From the NCBI GenBank assembly GCA_965287045.1, contig OZ336879.1:50220001-50284000 (forward strand): a stretch of DNA of 64,000 nucleotides, given 5' to 3'. Within the stretch, counting starts at the first letter, position 1, and each line of letters opens with the position of its first letter. The translations under genes were made by a program, and so were the position numbers. The notes below the pieces were generated by a model that saw nothing but the letters and a program-made list of their open reading frames with translations, had not been told where the DNA came from and made no database searches. Source of the stretch: Carcharhinus amblyrhynchos (Eukaryota). Positions 1-12,835 of the stretch are shown here, in pieces.

Positions 1-271
1 TTATTTGCATCAGAGTGCAACAGCTGGAAGCAGAGGAATTTGTAGCCAAGAGCTTGACTGCAGCTACTAAACTACTTGGGCTCGCAGAAAAGTAATACTA
101 CTTTGCATGTTAGGCTGGATGTGTGGAATAAATTGCATATTCCAGATATGTAGAAAACTATGAATGATTATGTTAGGATGAGAGGATACTTCCTCCAGTT
201 CATCTGGAACTGTGGCGGGGCAGGGGGGAACGTTTGAATAAAAGGACCTTTCTCAATAAAATGGAGATTTA

Positions 272-583
272 AACTACAGTGCAGGAGGAGACCATTTGGT
301 CCATTGAGTCAGCACCAGCAACAATCCCACCCAGGCCATATCCCCATAACCCCATCATTTACCCTAGCTAGTCCACCTGACTCTAAGGGGCAATTTAGCA
401 TGGCCAATCCACCTAACCTGCATGTCTTTGGAGTGTGGGAGGAAACTGGAGCACCAGAATGAAACCCACGGAGACACAGGGAGAATGTGCAAACTTCACA
501 CAGACAGTAACCCATGCCGGGAGTCCAACCCAGGCCTCTGACGCTGTGAAGCACAGTGCTAACCACTGTGCCACTGTGCCACC
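272..583 (-). mobile_element. HE1-type V-SINE (tRNA head, V-domain, CR1-like tail)
   Basis: Reverse complement of GGCACAGTGGTTAGCAC (A box)...TGCACATTCTCC...GGTTTC...TTGGCCATGCTAAATTG, plus tail. Confidence 0.88.
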
Positions 584-835
584 TAGATGAGGAGGAATTT
601 TTTTCTCTTAGAGATTTGTTATCGTTTGAAATTCTCTTCCCCAGCGAGCAGTGGAGGGTAGTTGGGTTTTATATTCAAGGCTGAATTAAAGTGATCTTTG
701 ATTGGAAAGGGAGGGGAGTTGAGCATTGTGGGGGCAGGTAGGAAAGTGGAGCCACCATCAGATTAGTCATGATCTTGTTGAATAGTGGAGCAGGCTTCTT
801 GGGCTGAATGGCCTGCTCCTATTTCTTTTGATTTC
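584..835 (+). mobile_element. CR1 LINE 3' fragment
   Basis: Degenerate ORF2 end (RRNFF...N.LP..AVE) and 3' UTR ...GGGCTGAATGGCCTGCTCCTATTTC. Confidence 0.75.
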
Positions 836-1466
836 TTTGGCTTTGAATTTTATCTTCAAAGCCAAAAAAAGTCCTTCAGTAAAGCTGCTGTAAATAGGTT
901 TTTTTTAATTGATACTTACTTTTCTCAGCATATGCCATTGCAGGACTTTTACTTAAAAGCTTATGGTTCATAACTAGGTCAAGGTGATTTCCTCGCAAAT
1001 ATATATGCATTGTTGAGTTTCCTACAAGTAACAGAAGAAACTTTCTGTCCAAGTTCCCCTTTTTGCATCACACCCACCGTTTGGTCATTATAGTGAATCA
1101 AAGGCTGAGATTTTATCCCTTCAAAACCCACTCAGCTGTGCTGAATTCAAATTGGACCCAGGTGTCAGAGTTGTTTTTAGAAAGTAACGGCCACAAATGT
1201 TTCATTCATGTACTAAGTTCTTCAGCTTCTTAAACAGATTGATGGCAAATTGTCAGCATGCATCCAGATGTGCCAAATCCTCAATTTAACCTTGAATCCT
1301 TTTGAGACATTTGGTTTTGTGGTTTACTATTTGTTTAGTGTAAATGAATGTCTAGTTTAGAAATTTGTAAATAAAGTTAATGACATCACTGGATGGAATT
1401 TTGATTCCGTGTTAGCTATCAGTGAGTACAGCGACATGGGTGCAGAATCCCACAAGAGTAAGGAAA

Positions 1467-1793
1467 TGGTACAGTGGCACAGTGGTTAGCATTGAAGCCT
1501 CTCAGCGCTAGGAACCCGTGTTCAATTCCAGCCTTATTTCACTGTCTGTGTGGAGTTTGCATGTTCTCCTCATGCTTGCGTGTGTTTCCTCCAAGTGCTC
1601 TGATTTCCTTCTATAGTCCGAAGGTGTGCGGGTTAGGTTGATTGGCCATGCTAAAATGACCCTTGATATCAGGGGGATTAGCAGGGTAAATGCGTGTAGT
1701 AATGGGGCTAGGGTCTGAGGGGGGTTGCTGTTGGTGCAGGCTTGATGGGCTGAATGGCTTCCTTCTGTACTGCAGGGACTCTAGGATTTCATG
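1467..1793 (+). mobile_element. HE1-type V-SINE inserted in a Harbinger relic
   Basis: A box TGGCACAGTGG, B box GTTCAATTCC, V-domain, tail GGGCTGAATGGCTTCCTTCTGTACTG. Confidence 0.88.
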
Positions 1794-2011
1794 AAACACA
1801 ATTCTTGCGAACGAGATCCCGTTTTGTGACTTTTCATGCCACTCGCCGATTACATAACTAAGCTCCCACTCATAATTCATTATAATTAACGCGCCCCTCC
1901 CCCTCCCCCCACCCCTCTCCTACGAGCATTAATTGTGCCCCAGCATAACATCGCACCAGTGTGAGGGCTGCATTAAGGGATGCTGCGGAGGACACGAGGA
2001 GGCAGACTTAC

Positions 2012-2245
2012 CCTGGCTGCACGAAGTAGATCATTCACCTTCTTCTGACACTGCAGCCTCGTCCTCTTATGGAGTAAGCTGGCACTCCCTATCATGGCCA
2101 CACCGTCCCAGGTGGGATTGGTCACTTTGCTGGCTGGACGTCTGACTGATTGTGGGTCGAGGGTTTCCTGCCTTTCCCTGACCCCATCCAGAAGTTTGCT
2201 GAAGGCTCCCTTGGTAAAACGTGGTGCAGTCTTTCTGGCAGCCAT
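2012..2245 (-). mobile_element. PIF/Harbinger Myb/SANT-like (trihelix) DNA-binding exon within a transposon relic (about 1390-2450)
   Basis: ATG at 2245, 78 open codons MAARKTAPRFTKGAFSKLLDGVRERQETL...W..VA...KRTRLQCQKKVNDLLRAAR, then a GTAAGT donor; NAIF1/MSANTD-like pattern. Confidence 0.8.
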
Positions 2246-3126
2246 CCCCTTGATTGGACTTGGAACGTGTAGAGGTGGAGCATTTAAAAGGAGCGCTCCA
2301 CTGATTGCCAAGATTAAGTTGCAGTAGGGTGAGTGATTCAGAGGCCGGCTGCCACAGGCGTGGTGTGAACTATGTGAAATAAACATATTTTTCTAGAAGA
2401 GACTGAATATTTCTCACCAGCAGGATTCTCTCTGGATTTCTCACTGAGACCCATACTTAGAAAAAATATTGGAAAGTTTCACTGTTTGTCTCAGCATTTT
2501 AACATTTCTGACAGTACACGAGAGCACCAATAACCAATTATTGTAGATTGAAAATGCCTGAAAGGAACTTCTGCTTAAATAAGAAATAAATCTGCTCCAC
2601 TGATTAAGTTGTCTGATTTCTTCCATGTTTTTAGCCACAGCCTGAAAACAAGTGGGGGAGGATAAGGGCACACGTAAACAAATATTCTGATATGGGAGCT
2701 GATCAGAGATTGGCAGAAAGTAATTTATTATTTTGTAGTGCCATGCAGCCTCCCGGCAATCACAACCATATGTAAAGAATCAGCGGGGTGTGGGGCTAAT
2801 GTGCATGTCAGCATGCACCTCTAAACAAAGAGCATAGTTTTCCCTATTATCTGTATGTTTTCCTTCCCACAGTCTCCAAGGCCTATTTTACAATGTCAGC
2901 ATGGGATTTAATGGATCTCTGTCAGCACAACAAGAGTTTCAATCAAGAGAACTTTTTTCCCACATCTTATCTTTCGATACTTTCTGGTTAGGATATGATC
3001 AGGACCATATGGTCTTAATGTCGTTGAATCGTCACTGTAGGGTTATTTTATTTCAGGAACAGAGGAAAACAATTACTGTAAAGGTCTCTCCTTTTGCTGT
3101 TTATTGGGAGCTTATTTTTTTGTCAG

Positions 3127-3880
3127 GCATGGCTCAGTTGGTTACACTGTTGCCTCTGAGTTCTGGATTCAAATTGCTCTCCAGGAGTACAGCACTGTTG
3201 GAGGTACCATAAAACTGAACCCCTGTCTGTCTTCTATGGGGGTATAAAAGACTCCATGGGACTATTTTGAAGAAGAGCAAGGATACAATCCCTGGTGTCC
3301 TTGCTAATATTTATCCCTTAAACAGCATCACCAAAATGGGTAATCTGGTCTTTATCACATTGCTACATATGGGAGCTTTTTGACTGCTGTGTTTCCTACA
3401 TTACAACAGTGACTGATTCTACCTGACCTGCGGACTTTCATGGCACACAAACTGCGCACTCCAGCCCATGTGTGTTTCTTTTCACACCAGAGTCAGCTCT
3501 ATGACGCAGGTTCTAGTCAGACTGGAGTGAGTAAGGTCTGTTTGAACTCAGCACTGAGCTCCAGTGTCCCTGCTGAATTTGGCTTTCACACATTTGAGAG
3601 TCATATACCACCGCAATATCACCGGTGATTTTGGGTTAATGCTTTTTGCTATATATAGACTTCGGGATCAGGAATCCATCCGCCATTTTGGATACACTGT
3701 GGAGCCTCCCTGACTCCACAACAATCCAGGCCTAAATGTGGTCATTCGTGCACCGAAATGTGCCTCTGCACCCGAACATAAAATTAGCCCTATATTTCAA
3801 AAGTACTTAATTGACTGTAAAATGTTTGGGACATCCTATGGTCATGAACACACTATATAAATACAAGTCTTTTTTTGCTT
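3127..3880 (+). mobile_element. SacSINE1/AmnSINE1-like Deu-SINE interrupted by a ~375-bp insertion (3415-3790)
   Basis: GGCTCAGTTGG head; Deu-domain CCATGG.ACTATTTTGAAGAAGAGCA...TATTTATCCCT...TTTCCTACATTACAACAGTGACT; resumes TTCAAAAGTACTT...CTATATAAATACAAGTC. Confidence 0.75.
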
Positions 3881-4113
3881 TTTATGTGTGAATAAAATTA
3901 GCTGTAATTTATTCCTTTTTCTCAATAAAAGCTCAGAGGGAATAATACTCAAGCTTTTTCTTGTAATGAAGGATCTTTCATTTATGATTAAGAATGCAAT
4001 GCGAAGGAGTATTAGCTCAAATGTGGTCGCAATTTTGATTGTGCTGAAGTTAGAGAACACACAAACTGGCATGCTGTACAATTGCAGCTATTTTTCCTGG
4101 GCTACGGAGCTAT

Positions 4114-4220
4114 AGGCCGGAATTTTACCGCGGCGGGTGAGGATCGCAGAACAAAATTCTTCTTTGGCCTCGGGCGGGATTTTACGAGCCTCGCCCAAGC
4201 GAGATCATAAAATCCCAGCG
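4114..4220. mobile_element. Short MITE (Harbinger-like TIR family)
   Basis: GGCCGGAATTTTAC...TAAAATCCCAGC ends, plus an internal GGGATTTTA..TAAAATCCC hairpin; relatives at 34325, 37350, 47045 and 61117. Confidence 0.65.
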
Positions 4221-6093
4221 GTAGGGTTTAATTTTGCAGTGCTATTTTTTAACCATTTAAGTAATTTGTCAACTGGAGAATCAACTTGAACCTTAAATTA
4301 GTGTAACAAACTCCAGCTGTGTAATGGCTTGAGTGGAAAAGAATTGACATCTGTGTCATGGCTTTTCAATGAACAGCACAGTTAAAGAGCTGCATGTATT
4401 TTCAGATTTCCTTAACACACTAACTCAACAGCCCTTGGGAGTTTCTGGTCTTTGTCCCAGAATCTTGTTTTCTGCAAATTCATTTTCTTTGGAATGTTTG
4501 CAGATGGCTTTAATGGTTAAATCAATTACTAAGTGCTGGGAAACACACCAGTTTGCTTCTGAGAATATCACAAATTATTTCATAAATCAGAAACCGAATG
4601 GAGAATTTAACTCACTTTTCAATAAGCATTTTAATTAAAGTCTATTTGGCAAACTGCTCCATTTTTTTCAATTAAGGTAAGGTACCTCATATACACTTTT
4701 GCAGCAATCTTATATCTTTGCAAGCCAAATCTTTTGTTTCCCTTTATGTACGTCTATCTAAAGGTTTTGAAGGGAATTTGGTCTGACTATGATATTGTGT
4801 AAAGTGTTCTTTTGACTATCAATTAGCAAAGTAAATAATGATGCAGTACTCTGTCAGACATCTGGAAGTATGGATGTATGGAGGAAAATATAGTTCCTAA
4901 TTTTGCAGCAGTACATGTGAAATTTCAGAATTGATTTATTGAATGAATTTATACAGATTGCAAGTTGAAAACAATGTAAATCTACTAGTTATTCCTTTCC
5001 CAAGTTAACCATATTTGACTAATTATTCCTGGGTGAAGCACTGGCTCTGATTTATAGCACACGTGTGGGAAATATAAGTAGAGTGAAAAAATCTGGGCTC
5101 ATCATGATAATCCCATTGTAAGTGACCTGGTGCACCTGAAGTTCATTAAAAACAAAACTACTGGAATATTTGAGTTGTTACTGCCATTAACTGGGGGAAC
5201 ATTGCCCACGGTGATGGAAGTGTGAGTTGTATCAGCTCCATTATGTGTGTTAACTGTTGACAAGTGAGCTGTGCTTTCTTTGTTAGGGGTATGTCAACTG
5301 AGATAAATTATTCTCTGGAATCCATTCATTTCTTCCTACTAGGTTTTGAGTTCTTGTGCCATTGGTTTGCATTATCTGATTACTTACAGAAAACGCAGAA
5401 TGAACTGGAAGATTGGTAACTAAATGGAGTGAATCTAACTGAGATTTGCTTTATTTGCTGTAACTGCCGTTCATGATAAATTTGTGTAAGCATTTGCTCC
5501 TGGCAAATCTACTTTTTCACTTCCTTTGTACTCTGATAAAACATAGCTTCTGGATGGCTATTCTTAAAAAACCAGATCATGCAGTCATGCCAACTTTGCT
5601 TAATATCCCAGAGTTTGTGAATTTAATGTCCATTTATTGATGGTGTGGCACATTGGGTTTCCAGGCTTGTCTTGGTATCTCATTCCTTCCTCGTAAGGGA
5701 TTTATGGGAATTTCTCTTTCCATTACTATTTTTTTCTCCTCCTATCCTACTGCTCCTTGGGAACTGACAGACTGACCCAAATAGTTATTCATATGGGAGG
5801 CAAAAATCATGAGTGGGGTATCATGGCTGTGGCTGACTCTGTCCCCAGTCAGTGCCCATGTATACAGTTTTCTGCATAGGGCTCAAAAGCAGGAATCAGT
5901 GTCGGGCTATTTCCTTCAACAAAGCTCAGGAACATTTAAAGTCAATTTTCGACATCCTGCTGGCATTTAAAATTTACCAATGTAATTTTCTAAATTTCAT
6001 TCAGTGATTAACTTGCATGGTTTACAACTAGTACTGCAAAACTTAAAGCAGATGTTTCATTGCTCAATCATTTATAATTGGTTTATTTCCTAG

Positions 6094-6154
6094 AATCCTA
6101 CAGAAAATCGAGGAACATTTGGCATCCATATCCGTGTTCTGGGAGATTGGACAG
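6094..6154 (+). CDS. NOX4: NADPH oxidase 4, internal coding exon (equivalent to human exon 12), FAD-binding region
   Basis: ttcctag|AAT...ACA G|gtaagt; 61 nt; NPTENRGTFGIHIRVLGDWT(E) vs human NOX4 CPTETKATFGVHLKIVGDWTE. Not in the ORF track; found by reading the sequence. Confidence 0.93.
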
Positions 6155-6241
6155 GTAAGTCTAAAATGTTACAGCTGAATTAGAATATGGAAATATTTAT
6201 GCTTAATCATATCATCATTCAGACCACTTCCTCAAATGTAC

Positions 6242-6585
6242 CCATAGAAAATTACAGCTCAGAAACAGGCCTTTTGGCCCTACTTGTCTGTGCTGAACCA
6301 TTTTTTTGCCTGGTCCCACTGACCTGCACTTGAACCACATCCCTCCACACCCCTCTCATCCATGAACCTGTCCAAGTTTTTCTTAAATGTTAAAAGTGAC
6401 CCCGCATTTACCACATTATCTGGCAGCTCATTCCACACTCCCACCACTCTCTGCGTGAAGAAGCCCCCCCCAAAATTCCCTTTAAACTTTTCTCCTTTCA
6501 CCCTTAGCCCATGCCCTCTGTTTTTTTTTCTCCCCTAGCCTCAGTGGAAAAAGCCTGCTTGCATTCACTCTATCTATACCCATCT
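6242..6585 (-). mobile_element. CR1 LINE 3' fragment
   Basis: ORF 6280..6501 FFTQRVVGVWNELPDNVVNAGSLLTFKKNLDRFM is a typical CR1 ORF2 C-terminus. Confidence 0.88.
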
Positions 6586-6939
6586 ATACCCCCCAGAATA
6601 CTCCCCTGCTGAAACTAGCCCCTAGACTACTCCCTTCCTTAAACCTATCCTCTAGATCACTCCCATCCCCTCCTCAAAAATATCCCCAAGCCACAATCCT
6701 CCTGAAGCCAATGCCCCAGACCATTCCCTTTCCCTCATCAAATTGTCTTTGTCTGGCAACAGTTAAGGTGATGCCAGCCAAAGTCCTCGAGCCTTAAATT
6801 CACATGCAGGCTATTTTTTTCTTTTAGTGAAATGCAGGAAATTTTTGAATGTTTTCTTTCACAGAATTTGGTCATTGCTGGCTAGACTAGCACTTATTGC
6901 CCATTCCTAATTGCCCTTGAGAAAATAGGCTGGGCTGAG

Positions 6940-8975
6940 GTGAAACTTGCTTGCTGTAATGTTCATATAAGAATACTTGGAGAACAATGTATCAGAAGTG
7001 TGATGCAGCTTGATGAACAAGTTGTTGAATGATTGGTAGTGAGCTAATCCCTGTCATTAATATCAATGTTGATGCACTTGAAGAAAAGGTTCAGGAGTTT
7101 ATTTGTCCTCCTGTGGAATGTTGGCCAGTTGAGAGAATAGGACTTGGTGGGAAGACATTTTTCAGCAATCCAGACACAAGTATCAAGTCCATCAAAATTA
7201 ACTTTGTCAGAGTTTTGTCTGAATGTTTGTGGGACTGGCTTCAAGAAGAACATTTGTTTGTTGGTCCTTCAATTGAAATCGGAGGGTGCAACAGAGGCAT
7301 TGCTAATGGGAGTTCTCTGGCACTCTTAATTGTCGTCTATACACTGTCTAGGTCAATCACATTGCCTTATAGGATGTGTGATGACAACTAATCTGTACAC
7401 TAAGACCTCTGTTGACTTGCAGAGGTCTTTATTGTCAAATATTCACTGCTGTAGTTTGTAGAAGGTTGAGTTGGTGCAGCTGATCCAGTGTTGGATCTCC
7501 TTGTCAATAATGTCCTTTTGAGAGAGTTGGATGCCAAGGTTTGCGAGATGCCTGTAGATTCCAGAGTCTCCTTCAATATATACGGCAGGTAGAATATTTG
7601 ACCAGATGTGTTTTGTTTTGGCAACACTCAAGGACGGATTAAGTTTCTTGCCTGCCGAATTGAAGAGAGCAAGAATGGCTTGCAAATCTAACGCAGAGTG
7701 GGCAATGGTACTGCAGTCATGCACACTCTGGAGATGATAAATGTGTATGATGGTTAGTTTCATTTTTTACATGGAGGCCACTGAGGTTAAAGAATTTCTC
7801 ATCTAGGTAGTTTTTAATACTGAGATCAGAGATAGATTGTAAGCAGTATGGAGGGAGATCAAGTAACATTTTTTGATCCAGGATTTTGAAGACATCCGAC
7901 TCAAGATGGTTGCAGTCATTTCCAGATGAACCAATTGCAGGATTGTGACGAAGTTTATTATGCAACAAGTCTTTGCAGCACAATTCTCAGAACCTCAGGA
8001 TTTACTGAATCAATTGCATTGGTCAAGTTGATGGATGCAATTAAGAGTTTTGGTGTTATTCTTGGTATTTTCCTTGGATTTATCTGGCAACAAAGACCAT
8101 GCCAGAGGTTCATTCAGAATGTCTAATGTCCCAATATGTCTCTGGGAAGATTTCACCAGCCACAGGAAATAGGTGATTCAGGAGAATTTGTGTTATGATT
8201 TTCGTCGCAGTGGATAAAAAGGAAATACCTTGGTAGTTTCCACAGCATGAATTGCCCTCCTTGAAAATAAATACAATTGTTGCACTCCTGAAGTCAGTGG
8301 TTGGGATGATGTGGAGTGGAGAGGAGTTCTTTTCTGTGTCAAATCCGTAGGATGAGTGCAAGGAATTTTGATGTGTGCAAAAGCCCACCAGTTTTAAAGA
8401 CCTCAGTAGCAATTGGGGCCGCAGGGTTTGTTGTCTCATCCATTTGATTAGATGTTGTAGCTCTCTGTGATTCTACCACAGGTTACTGAGAGATATCCTG
8501 GACGGTATCAGCTGTCACAGTGGATTCATGGTTGAAGAGTATTTGATACCATTCTTTCCAGTATTGACAGATGATATTGCCATTCTTAAGAAGAGAAACA
8601 CCATCCTGTGAGTGAAGGGGATTTTCCAATTGATCTCAGCTGATAATAATTGGCCCTATTGGCTTTAAAAAAAGCTTCACATGTCATGAAGTTCAGCATA
8701 TTGTTGGATCTCTCGAGCTTTCTCCTCTCAGCACATGTCCTTCATATTCTGGATTTGTCTTTGGGTATCAGCTTTGAGTTGTTGGAATGCTGCTTGAGTT
8801 GTGACCTTGGGTTGTTCTGTCAGGCAATGCTGCTACTTTTTGTTCCATAGTTCAGCATCTTTTTTATTGAACCAGTCCTGCTGAAGACAATGGTCAAACC
8901 CAATGATTTGGGCAGAGGCGTTGGCTGACTTCATTTCATCCTACTATTGTGGAATTAAGTTGGATGTGGGAAGAG
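6940..8975 (-). mobile_element. Degraded RTE-clade LINE (RT region)
   Basis: DFRSATIVFIFKEGNSCCGNYQGISFLSTATKIITQILLNHLFPVAGEIFPE matches the RTE pattern GNYRGISLLS.AGKI..R.LLNRL...E..LPESQ; many stops and frameshifts. Confidence 0.75.
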
Positions 8976-10320
8976 TTTCCAGAGAGCTATGAACCTGTAC
9001 CCCTAGATCTCTTTGTTCTGTAACAGTCCCCAATGCCCTACCATCAACTGAGTAAGTCCTGTCCTGGTTTAATTTACCAAAATGCATCACCTTGCATTTA
9101 TCTAATTTAAAAGGGTGGCACAATGGTTAGTACTGCTGCCTCACAGCACCAGAGTTTCCCACGTTTGATTCCCAGCTTGGGTCACTATCTGTGTAGAGTC
9201 TATATGTTTTCCTCATGACTATGTAGGGTTTCCCCCACACTCCAAAGATGTGCACGTTAGGTGGATTGGCCATGCTAAATTACCCTTCAGTATGAGGGGG
9301 ACTAACGGGTTATGGGGATAGGGCCTGGATGGGCTTGTTGTTGTTGCAGGCTTGATGGGCCAAATGGCCTCCTTCTGCACTGAAAGAATTCTATGATTTT
9401 AAACTTCATTTGCCATTCATCAGCCCACTGGCCCAATTGATAAAGATCCCTTTGCAATCCTAGATAACCTTCTTCACTGTCCACTATGCCACCAATCTTG
9501 GTGTCATGTGCAAATTTATTAACTATATCTCCTAAATTCTTGACAAATCATTAATATAAGTGGCAAATAACAGTGGACCCTGCACCGATCTCAAAGGCAC
9601 ACTGCTGGTCACAGACCTTTAGTTTGAAAAACAACCCTCTACAACCATCCTCTCTCTGGATTCTGCCGTCAAGCCAATTTTTGTAACCATTCGGTTACCT
9701 CACTCTGGTTCCCGTAAGATTTAACCATAAGGAACAGCTTACCATGTGGTACCTTGTCAAAGTCCTTGCTAAAATCGATGTAGATAATGTCAACTGCACT
9801 GCCCTTCTCTAACATCTTGGTTACCCTTTCAAAAAACTCAATCAAAGTTGTGGGACATGATTTTCCACTTACAAAACGATGCTGACTGTACCTAATCAGA
9901 GATTGCCTCTCTAAATGCCTGTCTCTCAGAATACCTTCTAACAACTTACCCACTACAGACGTTAGGCTCATTGGCCTGGAGTTCCCAGGCTTTTCCCTGC
10001 AGTCCTTTTTGAACAAAGGCACAACATTTGCATCCTCCAATTTTCAGGCACCTTGCCTGTGGCTGTTGATGATTCAAGTATCTCTGCTAGGGTACTTGCA
10101 ATTTCCTTCCTAGCCTTCCACAATGTCCTGGGATAGACTTCATCAGGTCCCTGAGATTTGTCTACCTTGATGCGCTTTACGACTTAAAGCACCTCCTTCC
10201 CTGTAATATGTGTACCCCTCCAGACATCACTACTTATTTCCCCAAGTTGCCTAACATCCATGCCTTTCTCAACAGTAAATACTGATGAGAAATATTAATT
10301 TAGAATCTCCACGGTTATAG
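8976..10320 (-). mobile_element. CR1 LINE RT fragment split by a V-SINE
   Basis: ORF 9669..10040 ANVVPLFKKDCREKPGNSRPMSLTSVVGKLLEGI...VDIIYIDFSKDFDKVPH; continues DSEEGYLGLQRDLYQLGQWADEWQMKF. Confidence 0.9.
9111..9398 (+). mobile_element. HE1-type V-SINE nested in CR1
   Basis: GGTGGCACAATGGTTAG...GTTTGATTCC...GGCCATGCTAAATT...GAATTCTATGATT. Confidence 0.85.
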
Positions 10321-10531
10321 GATACTCCTATGGATGGGAAAATTTATGAGCATGGGATGCATGATTCTAACAATGGATGGTTGCTGGGACCATGTTATCA
10401 AGGAGCAGCAGATTTCACTTAGTATTATGCACACTTCAGAGTGCTTCCAACCTTTTCTGTTTTTATTACTGCCTCAAACATGTTGGGCCATGTGGCTTGT
10501 GTCTTTGTTGAAACTTCTATGTAATTTGATG

Positions 10532-10895
10532 TGGCTATGGCTCAGTTAGTAGCACCCTGAGTTAGAACTTGTAAGTTCAAGTTTCACTCCAGGACTTTTG
10601 TTCAATAATCTAAGCTGATACTTTGGATAGTAGTATCAGAGGTGCCTCTTTCAAATGAGATGATAAACTGAGGTCCTGTCTACCCTTTCAAGTGGCATAT
10701 TTTGAAGACGCTGTATCTCGTGTACTTATCAATACATACTCCTCAGTCAGCATCACAAAAAATATATTATCTGGTCATTATTACTTTGTTTTGTTTGCCG
10801 TGTGAAAATTAGCTGCTGAATTTCCTACATTACAATGATTCTTATATTTCACATGGTTATAAAGTGTTTTGAGATGCCCTGTGATTGAGTAATGT
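10532..10895 (+). mobile_element. SacSINE1-like Deu-SINE (degraded)
   Basis: GGCTCAGTTAGTAGCAC head, GTTCAAGT B box, TTATCTGGTCATTA..TTTCCTACATTACAA. Confidence 0.7.
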
Positions 10896-12380
10896 GGTGT
10901 GTATATATACACAGGTCTGTCTTAAAATGGGTTCCTGTAATAAGTATTAGCAATTTAATAATGCATACTTGTTTATTTGAAAATCTTGGCTTGTTTCCAC
11001 TTGTACACTTGTCAGCCTGTACATGTACCACCATCCACCCTCCAGAACAACAACAACAACAACACCCCCCCGTCCCCCAATTCCCACCTGCCACTTACTT
11101 CCATGGACAGGAATATTATGAGCATGTGATGCATGATTGTAACAAGGATTGATGGTTATTGGGAGCAATTTGAAAGAAGCAGTACATTTCACTTAGCGTT
11201 GTGGCACACCCCAGGAAACCCATTTTAACATGTACTGGTTGACTTTATCTGGTTGATTCAATTCAAACTGCATGCGGAAAGTGAGTGTCAAATGATGATT
11301 TGATGGTGGAGTTCCACATGATATAGTTCTCTGAAGTACCATCCCTTCAAATACTGTGCCAAGTTCTTGAGTTGACATTCAACTGTCTTCATATCTTTTC
11401 TATTCACTTTCACATTTCTCGCCTTTGCTTATCCTTAGCCACCACAATTCTATATTCAATTCATTAATACGTATGTTGGAGTTTCATACCAGGCAGTAAG
11501 GGGTCCAAGTGGCTTTTTATTCTCTAGTTATCCTGGAGCAAGGGGCAAGTTCACATTTTTGACATTCGTGAATTAATGGGTATCCTTAGCAGGTTACAGT
11601 GAAAAACTTTCTCAGAGATATCTTCAGTGCTTTCCTCTCTCACTGCCCACACCAAGCGATTTCTTGGTTCTGTGGTTCAATTCTTACCATTTTCACTTCA
11701 GCCATCATGTTACATATTTTACAGTATATTTTATGTAAACTTCCCGTGGGCCCTGCACTGGGAAGATCCAAAATTGGCTGTCATTGTGCACTCAGAAAAA
11801 GTTGGAGGAATTATAAGCACTTCTGTATTCTGGGTAATTATTTTACAGACCTGTAGTACCCCTCAATGGGAATCCATGTCCAGCGACTGCTCCCTGATTA
11901 ACAACACCCCTCCCCTCATCGCCCCTCTCAGGCCTAGCCCAGCTCAACCAATCTTTCCTGCCATTTTGTGTGATCCTCGATCCCATCCCCTGCAACCACC
12001 CCACTCCCAAACCAAATTCTAACAACTTACTCGACGATCCTACGCTCTCCCTGGATTGAAATTGACCAGACCTTGTCCACCTCACAGAGCTTGGCCAGCC
12101 TGAGTTGAAAGATCAAATGAGACTTGATCAGAAAAATTTTAAGGTAAGGAAGTTGGAGACGACTGGCAACCTGACTCTGATTACCACTCCACAAAAGTTC
12201 AGGCCCACAAAAATGTTTTTCAAACTTGCCCAAGAACTGTTAAGAATTGATTAAACCTATTACTTAAACCAGCTCCGGGTGGCACGGTGGCATCTCACTC
12301 CTGACTTGTGCTTTGGAGGCAGGAGGTGAGTTACTCATGACAGAATTCCTAGTTGCTAACCTGCTCTTGTCCCTGTAGAA

Positions 12381-12835
12381 TGTGGCAGAGTGGTTAGCAC
12401 TGCTGCCTCGTAGCACGAGGGATGTGGGTTCAATTCCAGCTTCGGGTCACTGTCCGTGTGGAATTTGTACGTTTTCCCCATGTCTGCGTGATTTCCTCTG
12501 AGTGCTCTGATTTCCTCCCACAGTCCAAAAATGTGCAGGTTAGGTTGGTGGTCATACTAAATTGCCCCTTAGTGTCAGGGGGATTAGCAGGGTAAATACA
12601 TGGGGTTACAGAGATAGGGCTTGGGTGGGATTATTGTCAGTGCAGACTCATAAGAACATAACAAATAGGAGCAGGAGTAGGCCATCTAGCCCTTCGAGCC
12701 TGCCCCGCCATTCAATAAGATCATGGCTGATCTGAAGTGGCTCAGTTCCACTTTCCTGCTTTTTCCCCATAACCTTTGTCTGTCAAAACTCGATGGGCCA
12801 AATGGCCTCCTTCTGCACTGTAGGGATTCTGTGAA
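12381..12835 (+). mobile_element. HE1-type V-SINE containing an antisense CR1 3' end (12649-12774)
   Basis: SINE breaks at TGCAGACTC, is followed by the reverse-complement CR1 tail ATAAGAACATAA..GGAGCAGGAGTAGGCC, and resumes at AACTCGATGGGCCAAATGGCC. Confidence 0.85.

Noticed and set aside
1-6093. NOX4 exon 11 (..HPFTLT..) and earlier exons
   Set aside because: I found no matching exon by eye; they are presumably upstream of the window.
6586-6740. C-rich degenerate tandem repeat (possible G-quadruplex on - strand)
   Set aside because: Irregular low-complexity sequence beside a CR1 end; nothing supports a function.
10849-11192. PolyQ, polyC and polyV ORFs
   Set aside because: All three are frame readings of a short (CAA)n microsatellite at about 11047-11064.
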